Below, one piece after another: positions 53,781 through 64,000 of a DNA stretch of 64,000 nucleotides. The position numbers were made by a program, and so were the translations under genes. Each line of letters opens with the position of its first letter. Position 1 is the first letter of the stretch. The notes beneath the pieces are model-generated. The model was not told the DNA's origin. It saw nothing but the letters and a program-made list of their open reading frames with translations, and did not search any database. This stretch comes from Strigamia acuminata (Eukaryota), in assembly GCA_949358305.1 (NCBI GenBank), contig OX442314.1, positions 31,434,001 through 31,498,000 of the forward strand, in the 5' to 3' direction.

Positions 53781-55799
53781 ATGAATCCAGAACTTGAAAA
53801 CGTACCGTGTTTAATTTCACACAAATTAAACACTCACTCACGTGTCCACAAACACATAGCTGACAGAATAATCGTTCTAAACAAGGATGTGGTAAAGAAA
53901 TTGGTCGGATGTTCAATTTTTTAATCCAATTCAATAAAATTGTTTTTGAATCTCCAGTTTACCATCGGTCGCGCTAATTCCACTGATTTCGTCATCAAAA
54001 ATTCAACCGTATCTTCGATCCACGCTATTTTCACCAGACGCAGGAATGTGTGGCACGTGGTGGATGATAACGTATGTAACAATCGCTAAAATCGTTGATT
54101 TTTATTATATTCATTTTTTTTAAATAATTGAATAAATAAATTGACAGAGCACGAATGGAGTTTATGTTAACGAGGTGAAATTAGAAGCGCGCAAAGCCAC
54201 GAGACTGAAAAATGGCGACACGGTTTGTTTAGGCGAGGAAAGAGCGAGCCGGGAATTGTTCTTCACGTTCAAAAGTAACGGGAACGGAGAGAGAGGTAGA
54301 GGTCCACCTGGCGGCGATAAAATGAAGAAGGAAAATGAGAGATTGGAAAAGGAATTGAAGCGCGTGCAGTGTAAACTAAGCCAGCAAAAGAGAAAAGCCG
54401 AGGAAACGTTGAAACGAAGGCTGAAGAAGAAGGAAGAGGAATTCGAAAAGAAAATGGCAAAAATTTTATTCTTTTTAATTTTTTTTCATAATTAATAAAA
54501 ATTAATTTTGATTAATTTTTAGGCGAATGAGAAGGAGAAAGTTCGGACTCTGCTGGAACGTAAATCGAAAAATGGAAGGAGAAATAGAGGGAAAATAAGA
54601 TTTGAAAGATTAGTTGACAACATGAAGGGTCAGGTGGACGCTAATCGATCGCAGTTGGAGTTGGCTGAAGACGGCGATAAGAGTCGGTTGGAGCGGATGC
54701 TCGAAGTGAAGGAGCGACATCTGGCGATTGTGAGCAAGGAATTGGAGACGATGGCGGAGAAACACAAAAGTCAAAGCGAAATTGTGACGAAACTCAGCTC
54801 GGTGCTCGAAAGCGAACTCGAGTGCTGTGTTTGTTCGGAAATAATAATCAAGGTGATTTCGACTTTGGTTTTAATTTGATTTTGGTTTTAATTTGATTTT
54901 GGTTTCAATTTGATTTGATTGAAATTTTAAAATTAATTTGTTTTGATTTTAATTTTGATTTGATTTTTTAGGCCGTCGTGTTGAATTGTTCGCATTCGTT
55001 CTGCTCGCACTGCATCAACGAATGGAAACGGGAAAAGTGCCAATGTCCGGTTTGTCGAACGGAGATCACGAGTGAAACTTCATCGCGAGTTTTAGACTCA
55101 ATAATCGATCGCATGGTGGAGACGTGGTCCAGCGAATTAAAAACTCGTCGTCGGCGATTAATAGAGAGTAGAATGAGCATCCAACACCAGCAACCTGAGC
55201 AACAACATCCTGCTGGACCTCTTCATTCTGACGAAGTTGCTATTCTAGGATTTTCTTTTGGGCAACCACTTTATGATTATGACTCAGAACCATTATTCTC
55301 TTCGTTTTCCGATTCTTCTGACTCAGAATCATTATGCCCTTCGTTTTCCGATCTTTATGACTCGTTCTTGGCTGAAGGGAATGATTATTCCAACCACGAT
55401 GAAGAAGATGAACAAGAACATGAACAAGATGATGAAGAATATGAACATGAAGAGGAAGAAGACGACGAAGAGTGTGACCAAGAAGAAGATGACGAAGAAT
55501 GTGAACAAGAAGATGAAGAATGTGAACAAGAAGAAGACGAAGAATGTAAACAAGAAGAAGAAGATGAAGAATGTGAACAAGAAGATGATGACGAAGAATG
55601 TGAACAAGAAGAAAATGACGAAGAATGTAAACAAGAAGAAGAAGACGAAGAATGTGAACAAAAAGATGATGACGAAGAATGTGACCAAGATGACGACGAA
55701 GAATGCGAACAAGAAGACGAAGAATGTGATGACGAAGATGAAGATGGTGAACAAGATTATGAACAAGAAAATGACTCTTTTGATTCTTATTCAGATTGA
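53781..55799 (+). CDS. RNF8: RNF8-like FHA / coiled-coil / RING E3 ligase, multi-exon, with acidic repeat tail
   Basis: Exons give FTIGR..VSSIHA..WHVVDDN|STNGVYVN..LKNGDTVCLG (FHA), then a coiled coil, then ELECCVCSE..|..LNCSHSFCSHCI..CPVCR (C3HC4 RING). Confidence 0.82.
55400..55770 (+). repeat. Coding minisatellite (21-27 nt units) encoding EEDDEECEQ-like repeats
   Basis: Repeated GAAGAATGTGAACAAGAAGA(T/C)GA. Confidence 0.9.
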
Positions 55800-56092
55800 T
55801 AAGATGATGCTTATGTTTTAAAATATTTAATTCCTTCTTAAATCTAACACAAAACACTGAAAAAATATTTTTATTTTCACTCAAAGAGTAACTAACTTGT
55901 AAGTTTAACATTGAATTAAAGCATTTCATTCACCATCAAGAGTTTTAGATTTCTTTGCGGACGAAGGAAGTGGAATAAAGATTCAAATTGGTGTCGGGGG
56001 TCATGAAAATCTCCGATTTATATGAAAAAGCGCCCATTCCGAGTTAACGCTGGGGTACAAATAAGCGCCAGTCCAAATAATATGGTATAAGT

Positions 56093-56205
56093 ATTTTTAT
56101 TTTTCATTTTCTATTTTTATTTTTATTTTTATTTTTCATTTTCTATTTTTATTTTTATTTTTTATTTTCTATTTTTATTTTCTATTTTTATTTTCTATTT
56201 TTATT
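56093..56205. repeat. (TTTTTA/TTTCTA)n microsatellite
   Basis: Visible hexamer array. Confidence 0.85.
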
Positions 56206-56206
56206 T

Positions 56207-56400
56207 GCTGGCAAGAGAGAAGAAGAAAGTTCGAGCGCTGTTGGAATGTGAGCGGAAAACTCGGGTGAAATTAGAAAAGAAGAAAGTGCGGGAGATACGA
56301 TTGGAGAAATTTGTGGAAAACATGCGAGGCCAAGTGAACGTTGGTCGGTCGCAGTTGTTGGCTGAAAAAGGCGACAAGAGTCGGTTTGAATGGACGGAAC
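56207..56400 (+). pseudogene. Diverged duplicate of the RNF8-like coiled-coil exon
   Basis: EKKKVRALLEC..IRLEKFVENMRGQVNVGRSQLLAEKGDKSR parallels 54523-54700. Confidence 0.7.
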
Positions 56401-57424
56401 CATTTTCCAACATGATTGATCTCAAAAAAATGTGCAGCTATTGTAGAAGAAGCTTATGCTCTGTTTTTGCCTTTAAAGTAAATAAAGCAGTCCATCTATA
56501 TATGGTATCATTTTACATTTGATTTTAGTCGAGAACAAAGTCGTTGTCGGAGTAGAAGACGTCCGAGGTCGGAGTCGGATTCGGGGTTGGATTCGGCGAC
56601 GCGTCACGAGGCGTACGAAACATTGTCGTCCAAGCGACACCAACTTTGCACGTCGCTACATTCGCTACATTCGCATTTCTTTTTATGTACGATGGTAAAC
56701 GATTGAAAATTGCGAAGAAAAACGAACCGAAAATGCTGCTTAGATACTTGTTGCCACCAGAGCGGCGCTGCAACTCGGTGAGAGGGAATTTTAAATTTTG
56801 ATATTGATAAATGGCAAATTAGAATGCAAAAGTAATGAATATTGGATGAATTTTAGCGCTAACCTTGAATTTTTAGCGAAATTAATTTTTTGGGCCGAAA
56901 ACTTAATTGTAGTCTTTTTAGTAGTACACTGGAGAACACTGTAGTATACTGTATAACTAGAATTACTGATGAATTGTATTTAGTTCAAGTATTGTCACTA
57001 GTCGGCGCTATTATACATTTATAGTTTTTATGACAACCGCCGTTTGCTTTATCGCACTTTTTCTTTCATCCTCGATTAACTGCATGTTTATTACGTTTGA
57101 AAGGTTCCAAAGTGTAAGCAGATTAAGGTAAAGATATGAGAATAGATAAATCACATTTTTTTGGGATGTTATTGGATTTTTTTTTTTTCGGTTTATAAAG
57201 TTTTGCACAATCGTGCATCGAACGTTAGGCCTATAACTCGTTTAACTGAATTCGAACCATTAGCACCCCGACTGTCCCACACCGCGTTTTTTCTGTTCAG
57301 AGTATCTTCCGTACCAATATTATTTAAAGTGTGTCCAATTAAGTTAATCGTTTTCCAACTTAATTATTATAAATTTTTTTCATTTCAGACTACGTTTATT
57401 TCAGTGCCATTGGAGTAAACAAAA

Positions 57425-58216
57425 ATGAAGAGAACACGTGAGGATTACAATTGCAACCTGTGTGATTATTCGTGTTCATACATCTGTCTAATGAACTATC
57501 ACATGCTTAAACACACTGGTGAAAAGCCTTTCAAATGTAAAATGTGTTCACTTTCATTTCGACTTAAAACTTACATGACTGTCCACATGCGAGTTCACAC
57601 TGGAGAAAAACCATTCAGGTGCCATTTGTGTGCTTATTGTTCGAGTCAAAATAGGGATTTAAGAAGACATCTAATAACCCACACAGGAGAAAAACCATTC
57701 AAGTGCCATTTGTGTGATTATTGTTCGACTCGTAGTGGGCATTTAAAAGACCATCTATTAACCCACACAGGAGAAAAACCATTCAAGTGCCATTTGTGTG
57801 ATTATTCTTGCAAGCAAAAAGGGGATTTAAGAAGACATCTATTAACCCACACAGGAGAAAAACCATTTGAGTGCCATATGTGTGATTATTCTTCGGCTCT
57901 TAGTGGGAATTTAAAAGTCCATCTATTAACCCACACAGGAGAAAAACCATTCAAGTGCCATTTGTGTGATTATTGTTCGACTCGTAGTGGGCATTTAAAA
58001 GACCATCTATTAACCCACACAGGAGAAAAACCTTTTGAGTGCCATTTGTGTGATTATTCTGGCAATCAGAGCGGGCATTTAAGAAGACGTCTTTTAACCC
58101 ATACAGGAGAAAAACCGTTCAAGTGTCATTTGTGTGCTTATTCCTGCATTCAAAGTGGGAGTTTAAGAAGACATCTTTTAACCCATTCGGAAGAAAATCA
58201 TTTTAAGAAGGAATAG
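57425..58216 (+). CDS. C2H2 zinc-finger gene copy 4 (9 fingers; finger 8 has His>Arg)
   Basis: Intact 263-aa ORF; paralog of copies 1-3 including flanks. Confidence 0.92.
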   Translation: MKRTREDYNCNLCDYSCSYICLMNYHMLKHTGEKPFKCKMCSLSFRLKTYMTVHMRVHTGEKPFRCHLCAYCSSQNRDLRRHLITHTGEKPFKCHLCDYCSTRSGHLKDHLLTHTGEKPFKCHLCDYSCKQKGDLRRHLLTHTGEKPFECHMCDYSSALSGNLKVHLLTHTGEKPFKCHLCDYCSTRSGHLKDHLLTHTGEKPFECHLCDYSGNQSGHLRRRLLTHTGEKPFKCHLCAYSCIQSGSLRRHLLTHSEENHFKKE

Positions 58217-58317
58217 AAATTTAAAAACGTTCGTTTTGTTAATTCTGTTTATAATTCTTAAATTCAAACGCTAATTTTTTGTTTTGTTTGTGCATTTCAC
58301 TTTTTAAAGTAACAAAC

Positions 58318-61300
58318 TGTAATGTCGTTATGAATGTCCGGATGTCAATAAAGCACGCACACACTTTCATTCAATACTTGATTCCTATCTGACTCTTTAT
58401 TTCACCTTCATCACCTTTATACTCTCGGTCACCTTCATCACAACCTCGCGCCCTCTAGTGGCGGTATATACACTTAATCGAGTCATCACTATATCACATC
58501 CCTTCCCCCTTACAATGACATAAATTATTTCATAATAAATTCGAAATCTGTATCACAATCAATAATAAAATATAGCAATCAAGTTCATTTCCGTTTCTCT
58601 GACGCCTTTGCATTCGTGTAACGGTCTGGTTCTCGTCGCTCTCGTATTGGCCTCGTCCGCTCTGGAATCACTGGTTGTTGTTGTTGTCGTTGTTCCACGG
58701 CTTGCTGGACAATCGGTTGAACGTCATCGAGTTGTTGGGGTTCCTCTCTCTCACCCCTCTCCTCCTCCTCCTCCGACACCGACTGTTCCATCTCACCGCC
58801 TCCCGGCTCATCAAATTCCCCATCCTCCACATCCTGTTCCATCTTTTTGAAGAACGAGGAATTCCTCACTACCTGGTACTGTCCTCGTTTGGCTGTGATC
58901 CGAGAACCCTCGACCTTTACCACCGTCATCAACTCGGGATCATATGGAGTCATTAACTTATTCGTTTTCCTCCTTTTTACCAAAACCTGATCGCCGACTG
59001 TCAACCCATGCGAACACACTCTCCTTCGACCATCCGCTTCCAACTTCATCTTCTCTTTTCCCTTCTCATCTCGCTGTCGCACTCCATCGTCATTTACCTT
59101 TCCAAAATTCTGCGGCAGTCTCGTCTGCAATGCTCGCTGATATAACAATTTTGCCGGTGCCACGCCCGTTGTTGAATGTGGCGTTGCGCGGTAGTGTAAT
59201 AAAAACTCATGGATCTCTTTACTCCACACCCTTCCTTCCGTTACAGCTGTAAGAATCGCCTTGTTTAGAGTCCGCATCATCCTTTCTACTTCTCCATTCG
59301 CTTCGGGCCATAACGGGGTTACTCTCCTATGTTGGATTCCAAACCCACTCATAAAGACTCGGATCTCCTCTGATGTAAATGGAGGCCCATTGTCCGACTT
59401 AACCGACTCCGGAATACCAAGCTCCGAGAATCTCTTCTGAAGAATGGGAATTATCGTCCTCGCCGCTGTTGAATTCACCTCATCTACAAATGGGAAACGT
59501 GAATATTCATCCACCATCACCAACAACAATCGCCCGTCTGGAAACGGCCCTAGAAAATCCATCGCCAACCGTTGCCATGGTCTTTCCGGCAACACCGACA
59601 TTTGCAAAGGTTCCCTTCTCGAAACCACCAAACTGGCTTGGCACGGCACACACTGCGCAATTCTCCTCTCGACCCGTTTATCTAGGCCCGGAAACCACAC
59701 CTTCTCTCTCAACAAATTCTTTGTTTTCACAATTCCTTGATGCCCTCTGTGGGCCAGTTCTACCACTTTCGATCTTAATGACTCCGGGATTAAAATTCGA
59801 TCGCCTCGCAGCAAAACACCATCCTCCGTACTCGTTATTTCATCTCTTATCATCATAAACGGTTTCAGTCGCTCCTCTTGCCACGGCTTCTCTCCTTCTC
59901 CGTGCAAAGCTTTCCTCAACAACTGCAAAACCTCATCTGCTCTAGTCTCCCGAATCACCTCCTCTCTCGTCATCGTTGTCGGCATCCGCGTTTCCACCAC
60001 GAAATTCACGTATCGCTCTACCACTTTCTCCGTCAAACTAAGTCGTGACCCTGGATGTCGTGATAAATAATCACTCGGGTTCGTAGCTCCTGACGTGTGC
60101 TTAACCTCGAATTCGTATTGCTGTATCCAAAGACACAACCGTTCAATCCTCGCCGATGGTCTCGCTCTGCGGTTACTAAAAATGCTTACCAACGGCTTAT
60201 GGTCTGTAAAAATCACAAACACAGTTCCGTATAAATATAGATAGAAATGTTCTACTGACCAAACAACCGCAAGCGTCTCTTTTTCTATCTGTGAATATCG
60301 TGTTTCTACGTCAGTCAATGCTCTACTGGCATACGCAACAACCCGTGGTTCAGCTTCTCCTTCTCGCAGTTGAGCCAAAATCGCACCCAATCCGTGTGGA
60401 CCCGCGTCGACCGTCAGATGAATTTTCGCCGTCGAATCGTAATAGGCCAAGATCTCGTTGTTGCTCAGCTCTCGTTTTACATATTCCCACGCACTTTGAT
60501 GTTCTGGTTTCCATGCAAACACCGCACTCTTCTTTGTTAAATCTCTCAACGACTTGGTTTTGTCGGCCATATTACGCACAAATCGCGCGCAATACACAAT
60601 CATTCCAAGAAGACTCTTTACTTCTGCCGCACTCGTCGGTGTTTCCATCTTGACTACTGCTTCCACCTTCTTTGGGTCAACGGCAATGCCTCGCTCTGAA
60701 AATACATGTCCGAAAAAAAATTAACTCCTTCTTTCCAAATTCACACTTCTGTTTGTTCAACGTGAGCCTTTTTCCTTTCAACTTCCGCAACACTCCGTGT
60801 AACGCCTCCCCATGATCCTTATCTCTTTTACCAACCACGAAAATGTCGTCCATAATATTTATGGTGTTATCCACTTCCTCAATCACCTTTTCCACGGAAT
60901 CCTGGAAAATCTCAGGCGCTGAATTTACCCCAAAACCAAGCCGCTTAAAACGAAATAAACCAACGTGCGTCGCGAAAACCATAAATTGTCGCGACACCTC
61001 GTCCAGTTCCAACTGGTGAAAACCATGATTTAAGTCCAACTTCGAAAATATCGTCGCTCCTTCAGCCATCGATATGAGATCCTCCAGCCTCGGAGATGTG
61101 TGTCTCACCCTCTTAATTGCACGGTTCACCTCCCTAGCGTCCATGCATATACGGATCGCATCGGGGTCCGGGTCTTTTGGTTTATCAACCACGTGTATCG
61201 GTGATATCCACGATGTGGGACCCATCGATTCATCCACTCTCTCGATAATGTCCATCTCCACCAGTCGCATCAACTCCTTTTCTACTTTTCGTCTCAAATT

Positions 61301-62988
61301 GAATGGTAGCGGCCTATATCGCTGGGCCACCGGAGGCACCGATTCGTCCACATGTAGATGTACTTGGCGACCTGCCAATTTTCCTATTCCGCGGAACAGT
61401 TCCGGATACTGCTCCTCTATTTGTGCCGCCAAATTTCCTTGTTCGACGCTATTGACAGCACCAATGGCTCCCAACCGTCGTGCTGTCGCGTAACTCAATA
61501 AAGATTCCCCTTTTCGATCAACCACAAACAAATCAGTCACAACATCCTCCTTATCTCTACCTCCCAGCGTCGTTCTCATCCATCCCAACAATGGTAGTGG
61601 CTCTGTCGCTCCGTACGGCAAAAGTCGAACATCACTCCATCTTAATTCTGGCGCCGGCGTCAATTGTTTAAACACCTCCCTGCTCAAAATGTCAACAGAC
61701 GTGCCTGAATCCACCACGAACGACACCTTCACCTTCCGCTTCCCCATCAGCAGCTCCACCTTCGGCATTTCCTTCTGCGAGCCAACCAAACCAATATTCC
61801 AAATTGGCACATCATCATCCAAGATGTCCTCTCGAGATGGCGCTTTATTCATGATATTAACCTTCTGTTTCACTTCCTCTTTGCCGTCCTGTTTGGATTT
61901 ACAAAATCGAACGAAATGCCCGACTCTCCCGCACCCGTGGCATTTAACCGTTTTCGCGGGGCAATTCTGTCCTTCCAAATGCGGCCAATTCCGACCACAA
62001 TTAAAGCATCTCCTAGCTGGTCCACCTCCTCTCGATGCTGCACCTGCGCCACCACCCCTATCTGTTCCACGTCTAGAATTGCCAAAACGTACCAAATTAA
62101 TGTCTAATTCATCCGAATTACTCACGACCTCCATTTGTTTGGCCTGCCACTCGGAAGTTTCGTAACCACGACCTGCATCCAATAAGTCCTTCAAAACCCA
62201 TGCTGTCTCCCGAAGCCCTCGACGACGTAAATGACCCATCATCGTTCCCATGATGATTTGAGATTTAATTTCCGCACTATCGTCCGTAAAATCGCATCCG
62301 ACTGACAGTTGTTTCAACCGCGTATGAAATTCGTCTATCGTCTCGCCCGCCCTCTGGCGACTCATCCGAAAATTATATTTACAAAATTCGACGTTCTTCC
62401 TCGGTGCAAAATACGTCGCTAATGCGTCTTTGATCGTCTTATATTTAACGTCCGCCAACGTGAGTGTTTCGTATATCGCGTACACCTCCTCACCGGCATG
62501 ATGGAGTAACATCGCCGCCCTTCTCGCATCGTCCGTTATTCCCGCGGCGACCAAATACATCTCTAAACGTCCGACCCACCTTGTCCATCTCTGGCTCTGT
62601 GTGGTCACTTCCCCATGAATATCAAAACTCGGCAAACCCGACGCCTGCACGAAACTAGCCGGTTCCGGTGCCACGCCCACCACTGGCTTCGACTCCGCCA
62701 TCTTGGAAAAAAGTTCAAACGCACCGACGTTCACACAAAATCGTAACTCACACGTTCAATCGTTCGTCAAAACGTTCTCCACACGAAATTATCCCGCTCG
62801 TCGCCAATGTAATGTCGTTATGAATGTCCGGATGTCAATAAAGCACGCACACACTTTCATTCAATACTTGATTCCTATCTGACTCTTTATTTCACCTTCA
62901 TCACCTTTATACTCTCGGTCACCTTCATCACAACCTCGCGCCCTCTAGTGGCGGTATATACACTTAATCGAGTCATCACTATATCACA
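58318..62988 (-). mobile_element. Ty3/Gypsy (Mag-like) LTR retrotransposon D, full length
   Basis: 181-bp TG..CA LTRs (58318-58498 and 62808-62988) that look identical; 5-bp TSD CAAAC; PBS TGGCGACGAG; PPT at 58499-58511. Inserted ~100 bp downstream of the ZF copy 4 stop. Confidence 0.96.
58585..62701 (-). CDS. gag-pol: Element D Gag-Pol with a 1-nt frameshift in the A8 run at 60713-60720
   Basis: Two knuckles (CFNCG..C, CHGCGRVGHFVRFC), VDSGT, IMDD, VDAGPHGLG, HRGHQG..CVPC and SDNGPPF. Removing one base restores IFFGHVFS as in element A. Confidence 0.92.
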
Positions 62989-63732
62989 CAAACTTATTAT
63001 TTTGAATTCTTGACAAGTAGAATTGTATATTTTTTCTTCGGTTCATTTTCAATTTTAAAACACATTTTTTCATTGTACATGAAATGTAAAAATTTCTTTG
63101 CCTTTCACGTTTTTGTGTGTTCTGAATTAAATTTTATAACTTGCAATTTCAAATGTTCAAGATATTACATTTAGCTATAGGTGCTCAAATTGATATACTT
63201 GCAAATATTTATTTTGATGCTTAGGAAAAACACAAAAAGTTTAATTTGTACAAATCACTTTCTGGGTAACTTGTGTGATCAGAGTGACGAACACGACATC
63301 CAGTGGAAAGAGTTGGGCTACTTTGGGCTAGATCAGCTTATAAATCTTTACTACGTATCGAACAGGAGGAACGGGAGCGAAAGAAAAACAAACAAAAGAG
63401 GAAGGAGAATGATATGCCTTTAGCGTTGATCCAAGGGAATGAATGCGCAACCCGTTCGGAAACTGAGCAAATTAGTTCTTCCAGATTCGCAAATCTGCTA
63501 TTAATAGTTGGAGCACGTCGTTAAGCTTGGAAAAGCAAGTGAGGCTTCTTAGTAACGTCATTAATAAGTTATATTATTGTATGTAACTTTTGTTGTACGT
63601 TACAATACATGCTGGGAACATATGCCCCTTATTATTTTCAATAAACATTCAGTTTTAAATCAATCAATATGTAAGCAATTAAAAGTTAGAGATACATGTT
63701 GAAATTTGGAGTTGGTGTTTGGGAACATTATA

Positions 63733-64000
63733 CAGGGTGGTCAGAAAGTCTGGTTCTATGTAAATAATTCCTAAACTGTTCTAGATATTGATTCAGCAAA
63801 ATTATTGTTAGGGTAGTATGTCGGGGGAAATCCAATTATGACATCCAATTTGACCTTTGAGGTCATCTTCAAGGTCATCCATATTGTAACGCGAGAACCG
63901 TGACAGATAGAGCAAAAGGGTGAATTAGAAAGTTGTAGAGCATCATCCAATTAGTCTAGAACTGTTCTTAAAAAAATTATTTCTTACTGAAAAGTTTTGA
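63733..64000. mobile_element. Left part of a second MITE related to 40955-41718
   Basis: TA|CAGGGTGG start and the shared internal block AATTTGACCTT..AGG.CAT.TTCAAGGTCAT; runs off the window. Confidence 0.75.

Noticed and set aside
55240..55929. K/N/M-rich, F/I/V-rich and H/L-rich ORFs
   Set aside because: Alternative frames of the acidic coding minisatellite.
56751..56770. GCCACCAGAGCGGCGC, CTCF-like
   Set aside because: One base longer than the core spacing and an isolated occurrence.

Overview
Animal (probably invertebrate) genomic DNA dominated by a four-level nest of mobile elements. A Mag-like Ty3/Gypsy element (A, minus strand, runs off the left edge; 5' LTR about 40800-40931) is split by a Polinton/Maverick (adintovirus-like) element at 2530-40683, which has ~1.5-kb terminal inverted repeats ending AGTAGT..ACTACT and a 6-bp TSD (AACCTG). 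A 13-kb Gypsy (B, 8299-32062, TSD TCAT) sits in the last codons of the Polinton pPolB. A 10.7-kb Gypsy (C, 20388-31069, TSD ACGG) sits in B's 5' LTR. With the inserts removed the Polinton is ~14.4 kb. It encodes a zinc-finger/EndoVII-type pPolB, a chromodomain integrase, a packaging ATPase, an adenain-like protease and a penton stub, but no major capsid gene. It also carries an unusual accessory block: ALKBH2-like dioxygenase, a DEDDh nuclease with a Maelstrom-like ECHC signature, a single-BIR IAP and two PC4-like proteins, one with a transmembrane segment. A TIR-derived repeat precedes three of its inward-facing genes. The right third of the window is host DNA: four paralogous effector-less C2H2 zinc-finger genes, an RNF216-like RBR ligase with a partial copy, an RNF8-like FHA-RING gene with an acidic Cys-spaced tail, a MULE remnant, two Tc1/mariner-type MITEs, a truncated Gypsy and a complete Mag-like Gypsy (D, 58318-62988). 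All family assignments come from motif recognition by eye; no searches were run.
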